From positions 169,960 to 233,959 of IMG/VR virus record IMGVR_UViG_3300029288_000065: a stretch of 64,000 nucleotides of DNA. One strand, given 5' to 3'. How positions within the stretch are numbered: the stretch's first letter is position 1; the number at the start of each line of letters is the position of its first letter. The stretch is from a virus (lineage: Duplodnaviria; Caudoviricetes). Shown here piece after piece: positions 47,819 to 56,924 of this stretch. A program made the position numbers and the translations under genes. Under the pieces are notes generated by a model, which was given only the letters and a program-made list of their open reading frames with translations, searched no databases and was not told the DNA's origin.

Positions 47819-48153
47819 TTTTTAAGTACCTTAATCCCTTGGTCGGTAAGCATAAAATTACCATTTTTCTTTTCTTCTATCCATTTGAAGTCTTTCCATG
47901 AATGAAATATTAATATGATGTTTGCAATATTATTAACTTCAAATTTTTTACTTTCTATTAATATTAATGTGTCCATAACACCAATTTCATAAATACGCAG
48001 CTTTTTCTTACTTAATGTATGGTGACAATTGAACTTCATTTCGAAAAATTTGCGGAATATTTTCTCTGGGTCATGATCTGGGTTTTCTATTTCTAGTTCC
48101 AAGGTTAACTCCTGTATGACCAGAGAAAAGAAATTCTCGTAATGGCATCCCAT
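47812..48153 (-). CDS. N-terminal DP-motif winged-helix protein (array member 4)
   Basis: LEIENPDHDPEKIF...SWKDFKWI...LTDQG. Confidence 0.7.
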   Translation of the reverse strand: MGCHYENFFSLVIQELTLELEIENPDHDPEKIFRKFFEMKFNCHHTLSKKKLRIYEIGVMDTLILIESKKFEVNNIANIILIFHSWKDFKWIEEKKNGNFMLTDQGIKVLKKC

Positions 48154-48526
48154 ATCGGTTTATCTGTCGTTTTCTGATTTTCTCTTGTTTATCCTTCTTT
48201 TTCCATTCTCTGGCTACTTTGATTCCTTCTGGTGTTGCCCTATAGAAACCTGATTTTACTGTTTTGTTTATATTCATGAAATGGGTTTCGCTTTTAATCC
48301 ACCCGCATTGTTCCCAGCTTTTCAACAATAATTCGTACGTATGGTCAACTGCAATTATATCTTGGACTTTGTCTTTTCGGACTCCCCAGAATGTTGCTAC
48401 GTCTTCAACAATAAAACCATGTTTAGAATGTATGGAGAAAAAATGTTGTTTCTTGTCATAATTAAAATAGAATTTACCCCATATTTCCTCTGGGTTATGT
48501 TCTGGATTGTTTATGTCTAAATTCAA
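48071..48526 (-). CDS. N-terminal DP-motif winged-helix protein (array member 3)
   Basis: LDINNPEHNPEEIW...SWEQCGWI...ATPEG. Confidence 0.7.
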   Translation of the reverse strand: MNLDINNPEHNPEEIWGKFYFNYDKKQHFFSIHSKHGFIVEDVATFWGVRKDKVQDIIAVDHTYELLLKSWEQCGWIKSETHFMNINKTVKSGFYRATPEGIKVAREWKKKDKQEKIRKRQINRYGMPLREFLFSGHTGVNLGTRNRKPRS

Positions 48527-48783
48527 AGTTTTTCTCCTTCTTGCGTAATAATATATCCACTATTTTTCTTTCTTATCCAACCAAGTGAGACCCATGAATC
48601 AACCAAATAATATTTGTTTTGATCAAAGATGGTGTATATATTCCCAATTGTATATGCTATCCAACATTCGACATTACAATCCCAGAATATTCGTCCATTA
48701 GTATGTTTATCATACCACCAATCACGAAAAGAAATAAATACCTCTTTTGGATTATGCTCTGGATTAGAAATATCAATAATCAT
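48523..48783 (-). CDS. N-terminal DP-motif winged-helix protein (array member 2)
   Basis: IDISNPEHNPKEVF...SWVSLGWI...ITQEG. Confidence 0.7.
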   Translation of the reverse strand: MIIDISNPEHNPKEVFISFRDWWYDKHTNGRIFWDCNVECWIAYTIGNIYTIFDQNKYYLVDSWVSLGWIRKKNSGYIITQEGEKL

Positions 48784-49078
48784 TTTTCAGCATTCCCTCT
48801 CTAGTTATTGAATAACAATTATCCCATTCTTTAACCCAACCAAAAGAAACCCATGATTGTACAATAGCCTCACCAAGTTCCCAAGATGCGCCCAAGCATT
48901 TTGTATGAAACCAAAATACAATGGAAGAAATACTAAATGAATTTTCGACCCTATCACCTCTCCAATCCAGAAATGATTTAAAAACCTCCTCTGGATCATG
49001 ACGAGGATCATTTATATCAATCACCAGATCAATTGTTTTGTTTTGTGACTGCATCTTTCCAAGCTCCGGCAGCTCCAA
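48773..49078 (-). CDS. N-terminal DP-motif winged-helix protein (array member 1)
   Basis: IDINDPRHDPEEVF...SWVSFGWV...ITREG. Confidence 0.7.
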   Translation of the reverse strand: MELPELGKMQSQNKTIDLVIDINDPRHDPEEVFKSFLDWRGDRVENSFSISSIVFWFHTKCLGASWELGEAIVQSWVSFGWVKEWDNCYSITREGMLKNDY

Positions 49079-49718
49079 TTAACAGACGATTAATATAACC
49101 AGGCCACAATTCAACGACCTTCTCAGGAGAAAGAGAACTACTATACTTCATCCCGGTAGAAGCAATAGAAATAATCATCTGCTGCAAGAATTCCATCGTG
49201 TCAAAATTGGTCATGAAAGCAGAATTTAAATGACCAAGAAATTCATTTATAACCCTTGGTACATCACCAATCTCACTCTTAACAATCTTATCAGTAAAAG
49301 AATCAACCAATACCTTAACCTCTTGCGGAAGAGAATCATAAGTCTTCTGACATTGCTTAATAAAATCATCGTCAACTACTATATTCGTGACATCAATATT
49401 TGACATCACCTTCTCTGCAAAACCTTGTTGGCAGATTGACATATATTCTTTATCAACTTTGAGATAGGTGAAGAGCTGCTCGGTAAGTTCTCCTCGTCTG
49501 ATCAGTGGGACTTGCATTGCATCTTTACATCTTTGGACTTGTTCATCCGTCATTGGTTCCAGGGTCCGTATGTCCTTGCTACTGCATTTTCGCATTTCTT
49601 GGAGAAATGCGTCAAATTCCTGTTCTGTGAGGACGCATACTGTGATTTCTCCAACTTCTGGGATTATATGTTCATGCTTGGTCATGGAGTTTCCTTTCGA
49701 TGGCCTGAAAGACTTCAT
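49029..49718 (-). CDS. Hypothetical protein (related to 56908-57285)
   Basis: IPEV....VCVLTEQEFDAFL. Confidence 0.7.
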   Translation of the reverse strand: MKSFRPSKGNSMTKHEHIIPEVGEITVCVLTEQEFDAFLQEMRKCSSKDIRTLEPMTDEQVQRCKDAMQVPLIRRGELTEQLFTYLKVDKEYMSICQQGFAEKVMSNIDVTNIVVDDDFIKQCQKTYDSLPQEVKVLVDSFTDKIVKSEIGDVPRVINEFLGHLNSAFMTNFDTMEFLQQMIISIASTGMKYSSSLSPEKVVELWPGYINRLLIGAAGAWKDAVTKQNN

Positions 49719-50010
49719 CCAGGTTCTTGGCTGAATTTATTCGTTTTACTATCTTAATTTCCTGTGTATCTCTTTCCAGGATGAATTTCTTGTTTTTTAT
49801 GTCTACTGTTAAGCTTGGTACGAAATCCCTATTGATGACCATATCAGCACATGCTGTGACAAACCAGATATCAGCCGTTATCTTGACGGATGTGTTTGGG
49901 TTTGATAATTCTTTCCCTCGTGGTGTACTTATATAGAGTATGAAGTTGGATATCGATCCTTTCAACCATGAAAGGTCGAACATGTTTGTTATTCCAAGAT
50001 CAACTCTCAT
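49672..50010 (-). CDS. ELAxP-subfamily protein
   Basis: KELSNPNTSVKITADIW...VDIKNKKF...NLDEVF. Confidence 0.68.
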   Translation of the reverse strand: MRVDLGITNMFDLSWLKGSISNFILYISTPRGKELSNPNTSVKITADIWFVTACADMVINRDFVPSLTVDIKNKKFILERDTQEIKIVKRINSAKNLDEVFQAIERKLHDQA

Positions 50011-50160
50011 GGTCGTCCCTCAGAAGGAGTGGGTTTAGTCCTGTCATTTGAATAAAATTCTCAACCCACAGTTCTTCTTCGTCTGGTGGTTTTAGTTTTG
50101 GTACCTTTTTGGGTTTCTTCTTTAATTCTTTTTTCAGGATGTTTACTATGTCTTTGTTTT

Positions 50161-50544
50161 TCATGATTTCCTTTCACAGTAGTTGGATCTGGCGTCCAGG
50201 AGTAATCTCTGATACTTTAGAGCTGTCTGTATTAATTCTATTAGCCATTTGTAAGCGTTTGGGTTGTCCAACTCTTCTTCAATTTCCCAGATTTCATAAT
50301 CACCACACATATTTAGCCAGAATTGGATTCTTGATTTACCATCTTTATCCAGACCGTAGTTGGTACCGTATTGGTAAATGCAAATAAAACAACATGCATC
50401 ATTTCTTCCATTACATTTATGGGATAACCTATATGCATGTCCATCTTTATCATCACGATAAATTCGATATTGTATTCCATTTTCCTTTAGTAGGTTTAAT
50501 ATATAATCTCTATGGAGTTTGAATTCATTTTTGGTCAGGATCAT
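50161..50544 (-). CDS. DP-motif family protein (paralog of 63166-63453)
   Basis: LHRDYILNLLKENGIQY...ELDNPNAYKWLIELI. Confidence 0.72.
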   Translation of the reverse strand: MILTKNEFKLHRDYILNLLKENGIQYRIYRDDKDGHAYRLSHKCNGRNDACCFICIYQYGTNYGLDKDGKSRIQFWLNMCGDYEIWEIEEELDNPNAYKWLIELIQTALKYQRLLLDARSNYCERKS

Positions 50545-50553
50545 GAATGCACC

Positions 50554-50934
50554 TTACAAGTAAACATGTTTTTTATCGCGGAGAGCGTTCTGGTCTATTC
50601 TCCGTGGTTCTACTAATATCTTGAGTTTATAAATCTTACTACCATGCCAAATTTTTCTTAGAAAACCATATTTTATCCAGAGGTGAACAAAAGGAACGAG
50701 AATATTTTCTTTTACTTCCATCATCTTTACCGCCCAATAACCAGCATTGAACTCCTGTTTTTCACTCAATATTGACGGATCATTCAACAAATAAAATTTC
50801 AGCATCCAATCCAATAAAGAAATCTGATCAATAATTTCATTCTTCTTATTCCCAATAAAGATTAGGTGATATAGGAATTCAGGATCACATTTGGGGTCTG
50901 CTAGTTCCCATGAGATTCCAAGTCCATTTTTCAT
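50554..50934 (-). CDS. N-terminal DP-motif winged-helix-like protein
   Basis: WELADPKCDPEFLY...LWIKYGFL. Confidence 0.68.
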   Translation of the reverse strand: MKNGLGISWELADPKCDPEFLYHLIFIGNKKNEIIDQISLLDWMLKFYLLNDPSILSEKQEFNAGYWAVKMMEVKENILVPFVHLWIKYGFLRKIWHGSKIYKLKILVEPRRIDQNALRDKKHVYL

Positions 50935-51272
50935 TTTATTGCCTTAATTATCCACGTTTTGATCTTCTCAAAACTCTTGGGATCAGACATATCAATCGTG
51001 AACTCAGGACCGCTAACACAGGAAAAGAAAGCAATAAGATCACCATTTTCATTAATCATAATCTTAATATCTCTTGGGGCATCCAACCCAAGAGCAGACG
51101 GAGTAATCCTGACAGTTGGTAATCCTCGTATAGATCCTGGTATTGAGTGTAGCATCGGATGTTCTACTTTAATTGATCTGAATATTTCCCAAAGGATATT
51201 AGCTTTCATTGCGTACGATTCTCTATATTCGTCATGCTGACGTTGAAATTCTTCGTTCGTCAGTTTTGGCAT
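50931..51272 (-). CDS. DP-motif family protein
   Basis: TIDMSDPKSFEKIKTWI. Confidence 0.72.
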   Translation of the reverse strand: MPKLTNEEFQRQHDEYRESYAMKANILWEIFRSIKVEHPMLHSIPGSIRGLPTVRITPSALGLDAPRDIKIMINENGDLIAFFSCVSGPEFTIDMSDPKSFEKIKTWIIKAIK

Positions 51273-51296
51273 GAATTCCCTCCAGTGTTCTCATGA

Positions 51297-51320
51297 CTGC
51301 CCCCTCAAGGGAAGGGGCAG
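51297..51320 (-). terminator. Hairpin, probable terminator
   Basis: CTGCCCC ... GGGGCAG. Confidence 0.5.
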
Positions 51321-51329
51321 ATTGAGGCA

Positions 51330-51857
51330 CTAGGATTTATTTGACCAAGACGCCAAAATAATAATACAACCTAAGAATCCGACAATAAGGCCAGACCAAA
51401 GAAGAATATGCATCAGAAGAACATGAGGATAAAATGAAATAGCTGCTGGAAGCGTAACCTCCTTACCATCAAGGAGAGTCTCACGCACCCGGATCAAGAC
51501 GTTACTCCGTTCCAGGGCCGTAGTCTTCGACTCGGTTCCAGTATTCTCAACCTCCTTCAAAGCTTCACGGGCCTTGACCAGGTTTTCATACCAGAACGAA
51601 ATATCATTTGACGGGGTACTAAAGATAATACCAGTATTTCCAGTTGTCAGCCCGTTATCCTTGGCATACTTTAATGCCAAATCTAACTGTTCACCACACT
51701 TCTCAGGTGAAGCTGAATCTGCCGCTCGTTTAAGATACTCCTCACAGTTCCATGAGAATCCAAAACTCTTAATAACCGGTGCCATCAGCAAAATAATACC
51801 AAGTAATGCACCGGTTAGCCCTACGAAAAAGATACCACCGTTACTTGGTTTCCCCAC
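51330..51857 (-). CDS. Two-TM phage membrane protein
   Basis: N- and C-terminal hydrophobic helices; YLKRAAD...GLT.G.T....TP.ND..FWY.NL; GTG start with GGAGG. Confidence 0.7.
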   Translation of the reverse strand: MGKPSNGGIFFVGLTGALLGIILLMAPVIKSFGFSWNCEEYLKRAADSASPEKCGEQLDLALKYAKDNGLTTGNTGIIFSTPSNDISFWYENLVKAREALKEVENTGTESKTTALERSNVLIRVRETLLDGKEVTLPAAISFYPHVLLMHILLWSGLIVGFLGCIIILASWSNKS

Positions 51858-52269
51858 TTTTCTCTCCTCCCTTTGAGCAACTTGCTTGGGTTTGGATCTG
51901 GTAAATTCGGTGATAACAATAATGATACAGAATAGTAGCAACATCTGCAATGCTGGCAGTAACGATCCACCCTGGGTTATAACCAACTAGGTATTCTCCT
52001 CCATTTTCAGTACCAACGTTCTGGAAATTCATACACGGGATAGATGTGTCCGGTACGAATTTCCAATTCTTCATAAGATCCAAGAACATTGGAGTTTCAC
52101 CAGGCTTGTCAATGTACAAATGTGTTTTTGCCCGTAAAATCTTTTTGTTTGCCCGCTCTTCTGGAGATGATGCCACTGGTCCCAAGTTGGCTCCACAATT
52201 TGGACAGGTTTCCCATCCATCATCGTGGAGCCAAGCATGATCACAGCTCTCGAAAGGATCTCTCATCAA
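51841..52269 (-). CDS. Zn-ribbon hypothetical protein
   Basis: CDH...CPNCG. Confidence 0.55.
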   Translation of the reverse strand: MMRDPFESCDHAWLHDDGWETCPNCGANLGPVASSPEERANKKILRAKTHLYIDKPGETPMFLDLMKNWKFVPDTSIPCMNFQNVGTENGGEYLVGYNPGWIVTASIADVATILYHYCYHRIYQIQTQASCSKGGEKSGETK

Positions 52270-52460
52270 CCACCCAGAGTTTGCTTCTGTTGGTTCTTTT
52301 CCTCAATCTTGTAGAAGTCAGCGGTCTTCTTGTCGTCGACAGTGGTTCCTAGCGCAGATTCGATGGCCTTAGTCAGAGCGCCACAACCAGAGCCACTGAA
52401 TCCTTCGACCTTGACTTCAGTCTTTCCACCCTTACCAATCTTGATCTTTAGCTTGTGCAT
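52266..52460 (-). CDS. DUF2997-like small protein
   Basis: I.I.K.G.T...V.GF.G..C...T..IE.ALG......KT..FY. Confidence 0.8.
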   Translation of the reverse strand: MHKLKIKIGKGGKTEVKVEGFSGSGCGALTKAIESALGTTVDDKKTADFYKIEEKNQQKQTLGG

Positions 52461-52469
52461 CTTTCCTCC

Positions 52470-53615
52470 TTAGTGGCCTTTGTAGTCAAGCATCTTGACT
52501 TCCCAATCAATTATACTACCATCTTCATTCCATCTAGAAATTAGTACTGGTGCATGTCGTTCGCGGGTATTCCAGCCGGTCTTTCCGTGGATATATTCCT
52601 CCTCGAATCCATACAATTCTCCACCATATCTGATACCATACTTATCCTTATCGGGTTTGAAACAGAAGAACCCCAATGTAACAATACCATCCTTGAATCC
52701 CTTACTACGGAAAGGTTTCCCAATCCAATCGGGTTCCCACTTCTTATCTTTCCGTTTCTCCAGGAATTCATTTGCCACTTCTTCGGCCTTCTTACAGGCC
52801 TTCGCCCACACACCTGATTTCTTCAACTTATCTAGAAAGTCATCAGGTTTGACGTGGTTTGTCGCCTTCTTTCCCGGTTCAGGGGCAACTTTACCATACT
52901 TTTCCGCGCATTCATAAAATGCTTCGGCGATTGCTGCACAGCGTTTCTTGTCCACCTTGTGCTGGCTTTCCTGATAATCAGTAAGGTAGACAGGAGTATT
53001 AATGTCTTCCATGCTGTCTTCATCAACAACCAATTCCTCCATCTCCAAAACGTCACCCTGCTTCAGGAGGGCATGAATCCCTTCACACATCTTGAAGAGA
53101 TCATTGTTCTTATATGCCGACATCCCATCCACGATACCAAAGGCGGGGTCATTTTGACCAGCCTTGGCTTTGGCTGTCCCTCTGAGTGCCTTCACAAGCG
53201 CTGAGGAAGCAAAAGACGGAGGAAGGATTGATCGGAGTTTGATTGCTGCTGCAGCAACCTTGAAGTCGAATACTGTCGGGTTTGGGCCGAAGTGTTTCTT
53301 GACGAAGTCTACTACTACCTTATCAGGGATTACCTTCCCCTTTTCTGGGATCGGTACTTTCACAAGGAGTGGTACTGGCGAGAATCCTTCTGCTACCACC
53401 ACCTGGACTGATGGGGTTACTGGAAATTGACAATGATTTGAACCAGAAACTGTCAGGACGCCGTTGTGTTCGGTGATTGTCACTTCTTTATCACCGTCTT
53501 GGAACACACGTACGATGCCGGTTTGGGCGTTTCCGGATTTGGAAATACGTTTCCAGTTTCCTGGATAGGTCTTGCGGATTTCCTTTACGCAATCTTCGGT
53601 GGTGATCTTACTCAT
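52470..53615 (-). CDS. Hypothetical multi-domain protein
   Basis: 381 aa, coupled; no motif recognised. Confidence 0.75.
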   Translation of the reverse strand: MSKITTEDCVKEIRKTYPGNWKRISKSGNAQTGIVRVFQDGDKEVTITEHNGVLTVSGSNHCQFPVTPSVQVVVAEGFSPVPLLVKVPIPEKGKVIPDKVVVDFVKKHFGPNPTVFDFKVAAAAIKLRSILPPSFASSALVKALRGTAKAKAGQNDPAFGIVDGMSAYKNNDLFKMCEGIHALLKQGDVLEMEELVVDEDSMEDINTPVYLTDYQESQHKVDKKRCAAIAEAFYECAEKYGKVAPEPGKKATNHVKPDDFLDKLKKSGVWAKACKKAEEVANEFLEKRKDKKWEPDWIGKPFRSKGFKDGIVTLGFFCFKPDKDKYGIRYGGELYGFEEEYIHGKTGWNTRERHAPVLISRWNEDGSIIDWEVKMLDYKGH

Positions 53616-53823
53616 TCCTTCCCTCGCTTGATTTTCTGGTAACAGTATTGTAGAATTCGATTACGTCTTCTTTGTTTACTCTTTCTTTATGCCCGTTGAA
53701 TTCGAAGTCAATATCGCATCCGAAATCCAGGCATGCTTTGATCGCCGTTAAGAATGCTTCTCTGATGGAGCATCCTTTGTCGATTTCGATGGTCACTTTT
53801 GCGAGGTTGTATTCGTTACGCAT
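53608..53823 (-). CDS. Hypothetical protein
   Basis: G.SI..A...A......F.FNG pattern. Confidence 0.65.
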   Translation of the reverse strand: MRNEYNLAKVTIEIDKGCSIREAFLTAIKACLDFGCDIDFEFNGHKERVNKEDVIEFYNTVTRKSSEGRNE

Positions 53824-54148
53824 GTTTGGTCCCTTCCCTTATCAATCTCACGTGTGAGAACCCATGCCATTCTGGACCATAATGGGTCTCAATACAAACC
53901 GAAGGGAAAGGGCTCCAATAAGGCCAACCATCATACATCCCTATTTCCAGGACTTTGTGTCTGATACCATATACTTCGACAAAGTCACCTACCTTCATTT
54001 CTTTGAGATCTTCTACTGCCTGTTTGACTACCTCAGGATTGGTGCCGCCACCTTGGTTTCTGTCCCAAGAGATCGACATGAAGTCGAAGGACCAGTCGAT
54101 CGGTCCTAGGAGTTCTCCTATTCTTTTGGTGACTTGGATCAACTTCAT
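53816..54148 (-). CDS. Hypothetical protein
   Basis: GMYDGWPYW motif; coupled ORF. Confidence 0.65.
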   Translation of the reverse strand: MKLIQVTKRIGELLGPIDWSFDFMSISWDRNQGGGTNPEVVKQAVEDLKEMKVGDFVEVYGIRHKVLEIGMYDGWPYWSPFPSVCIETHYGPEWHGFSHVRLIREGTKHA

Positions 54149-54840
54149 CGCATCATTTCCAGCTCGATATTCCCCTCAGAGTCTACAGTTTCTTTGATAC
54201 CGTAGTATCCAAGGGACTTGACCTTCTTGAGGACTACTCCCTTGGCGTACTGTTGGATGACCTTTTCGAATTCGGTCATTTTGCCCCAGTGGCCGTTGTA
54301 GTTGTCGAAGTATGCCTTGCCGTTTTTGATGGCAATGGGGTAGTTCCAGCCGGGGAGTTTGATGCTGAGATCACAGGTTACTGTTTCTGAGAAGAGTTTG
54401 ACTTTTTGGTTCTTGGTGGTGTTGATTGTTACACCCTTCATTTGCTTGCATACTTCTTCAAGGACTTTGATGTCTTTGAATTCGACGTCTACGGTTGCTG
54501 TGTGGCTCACGTGGCCTCCTATTCCTGTACGGACTATTATCTCTCTTGCTTGTTTGAAGAATTCTGGGTCTGCCAGTTCAAAGCGGTATTTATATATGTT
54601 ACCGTTTAGGTTGTGAAGAAGATACAACGCAACTTCTGGTTTGATATAGAATACTACATCGCAGACTTGCAAATGTGTATTTTGATCGGGAGCTAAAGCT
54701 ACTACTGCATACACGACTCTTTCTCCTCCTATATGTCCTGGTACTTGATATAAATCTGGTCGTTTCCATATTTTGATATCAATTCCTCTGAACATTTCTT
54801 TTATAATTTCTTCATCGACCATTAAGGAAGTATACTTCAT
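54145..54840 (-). CDS. DP-motif domain fused in frame to DUF1257 (Ycf35-like); internal GTG start at 54510
   Basis: RFELADPEFFKQAREII then VSHTATVDVEFKD...L.LPGWNYP...FDNYNGHWG...Q.YA; AGGAGG before GTG 54510. Confidence 0.75.
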   Translation of the reverse strand: MKYTSLMVDEEIIKEMFRGIDIKIWKRPDLYQVPGHIGGERVVYAVVALAPDQNTHLQVCDVVFYIKPEVALYLLHNLNGNIYKYRFELADPEFFKQAREIIVRTGIGGHVSHTATVDVEFKDIKVLEEVCKQMKGVTINTTKNQKVKLFSETVTCDLSIKLPGWNYPIAIKNGKAYFDNYNGHWGKMTEFEKVIQQYAKGVVLKKVKSLGYYGIKETVDSEGNIELEMMR

Positions 54841-55162
54841 ATGCTTTACCTCTGTGTGTTTCTTTTGGGATCACTGATATAAATCCACATTTCTCCCACG
54901 CACGAATCAACGAAATTACTGATCTCATAATAGCATCGTAATCTGAGTTTTTCTCTCCATTGTCTTCATCAATTAACGAGATACCAGCCCATTCACATAT
55001 ACCACCATATATTACGTTTAGGTCAAAATGGTCTTTTTCTGGGATATTGGACAAAACGAAGCTCCATAAACCAACACCTCTGTCTTCACTACACCATTTA
55101 CGGAAACTTTCATATAATTTCTTTGGGTCAGTTGTTGGATCGTTTAGATCAATATTTTTCAA
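54812..55162 (-). CDS. N-terminal DP-motif winged-helix-like protein
   Basis: IDLNDPTTDPKKLYESF...AWEKCGFI. Confidence 0.7.
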   Translation of the reverse strand: MKNIDLNDPTTDPKKLYESFRKWCSEDRGVGLWSFVLSNIPEKDHFDLNVIYGGICEWAGISLIDEDNGEKNSDYDAIMRSVISLIRAWEKCGFISVIPKETHRGKAYEVYFLNGR

Positions 55163-55641
55163 GATTCCTCCAATTCTTTACACTTAAAAGCTTCCCTTAA
55201 CTGGTCTACGAATTTTGGGTCACTTAAAAAGATAGTGTGTTCTTCTCCATCTGAAGTATGGCAGACTACCGTATTGTCATCTTTGAATTGTATGTAGCCA
55301 AAATATGATTGTTTTCCTGAAGCCCAAGTACTTGTATCTTTTGTAGTAATACTAAATTTATACCTCTCAAATTCCCAACGTTTCTTACCAGCTTTCACAC
55401 ACTTGTTTACTAGAAACTTTGGCATGGCGTCCATGATAATCTTCTTATAGAGATTTTGGTTACGAACTATTTGATCTACTTTACTTCCCAGATCTGTGGA
55501 TGTGGCCTTTAGAACTGCCGCCTTTATGATTTGACACCTTTTTGTGTCAATAAAGCCGTCAAGTTCTTTGGTCGTAAAACCCTTATGGTCACCTTTCAGT
55601 CTTAGAGTTAGTGTCAATTCTACTTCTGTTGTGTAGGACAT
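55159..55641 (-). CDS. DP-motif family protein
   Basis: TIFLSDPKFVDQLREAF. Confidence 0.72.
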   Translation of the reverse strand: MSYTTEVELTLTLRLKGDHKGFTTKELDGFIDTKRCQIIKAAVLKATSTDLGSKVDQIVRNQNLYKKIIMDAMPKFLVNKCVKAGKKRWEFERYKFSITTKDTSTWASGKQSYFGYIQFKDDNTVVCHTSDGEEHTIFLSDPKFVDQLREAFKCKELEES

Positions 55642-56345
55642 GTGTTCATCCTCTTGACCAACCCCCTAAGAATATCTCTGTCTTCTATCGTTAAAACCCT
55701 TGGTGACAGAAGTGGATTTTGGAAATTCTCGGAAATATAACGGAATCCAAGAATACCACCAGTATCCCTTACTGGTGTGAATTTATCACCATCAAATAGC
55801 ATTGTCCCATAACCTGTCTTAGATTCATTGTTATGGAACTTGAACCTAATTAGGAACCAAGCATCAGCTCCAGGTTTGGCAAGAGATTCCTTATCCTCAA
55901 TAATTTTCTCGCCTTCAAGGACAACCACTTTTGCTTTTGCCCAGATAATGCAATTAGAAATATATTGGTTACCTTCGTAGTTGTCTCCTGGTTCACTGAA
56001 CTCATAAGGTGTAACTTTCGGCTTCGATTGTTTCTTCTCAAAACTACTGAATTTCGGAGCCTTCTGCATATATCTATAAACCACATCAGCAACTTTTTCA
56101 ATATTCTCTTCATATAAGCTGATATCATTCTTATAATTATAACCACCATATTTGGTAATATAGTCTATATATATCCAGGATTTACTAATCGAAATCCTAA
56201 ATCGATTTTTCTTACGGAAATAAATCATATCATCATTTCTCTCGATTTTCAGACCTGCCAATATTTGTTTCTTGAATCTGTTCTTAAAATAACAGAGTTT
56301 TTGTGTGATCGATGCTTTAATAAACTGTTTTTTGCCGTCTATCAT
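55620..56345 (-). CDS. Hypothetical protein (paralog of 39884-40696)
   Basis: PYEFSEPG...KESLAKPGADAWF...YGTMLFDGDKFTPV...LTIEDRD. Confidence 0.72.
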   Translation of the reverse strand: MIDGKKQFIKASITQKLCYFKNRFKKQILAGLKIERNDDMIYFRKKNRFRISISKSWIYIDYITKYGGYNYKNDISLYEENIEKVADVVYRYMQKAPKFSSFEKKQSKPKVTPYEFSEPGDNYEGNQYISNCIIWAKAKVVVLEGEKIIEDKESLAKPGADAWFLIRFKFHNNESKTGYGTMLFDGDKFTPVRDTGGILGFRYISENFQNPLLSPRVLTIEDRDILRGLVKRMNTCPTQQK

Positions 56346-56456
56346 TGTTCCTCTTCCTCTCTTCCCTATCCAGGAAGTACCAATATAGCACTAACAATCC
56401 TCTAGCTATAACTAGAGATACTATTGCTACCATGAAGAATACTTCAAATTTATCTT

Positions 56457-56924
56457 TCACTTTTTCAGTTGTTTCCTGTACTTTCGGTTAGCCGCAGTTA
56501 TATGAATCTTATCTTCGAAAGTTAATGATTCTGAATTATAAGCAACAGGAGTCGGCTCACCCTTCTCACTACAAAGAATATACCAATCATCACCATTTGT
56601 TAGAATACAATACTTTGCATGAAGTCTGCCATATGTACAAATGACGTCAAGATAATAGATATCTGCATCTGGGGTCTCGATTCCTATATTCTTATGATTC
56701 TTATCGAGACCAATTAACCCGACACAAACAACATAATCAAAATCTATGAATTTCCCATCATGGTATACTGACCCGCCTTTTGCGAGGATTCCTGTACCTT
56801 GAACATACTTATACTTGGCTTTGTGTGGTATAATCTTTCCTTTTTGGTGTGTCACTTTGATTGGTCGTGGGAATCGGTAGTTTTGAAAAAGCCTAGAGTA
56901 ATCCACGTCACCGCCTCTTTGCAT
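56457..56924 (-). CDS. Hypothetical protein, L[TN]xxD-tail family
   Basis: TPDADIYYL...LTFEDKIHITAA. Confidence 0.62.
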   Translation of the reverse strand: MQRGGDVDYSRLFQNYRFPRPIKVTHQKGKIIPHKAKYKYVQGTGILAKGGSVYHDGKFIDFDYVVCVGLIGLDKNHKNIGIETPDADIYYLDVICTYGRLHAKYCILTNGDDWYILCSEKGEPTPVAYNSESLTFEDKIHITAANRKYRKQLKK

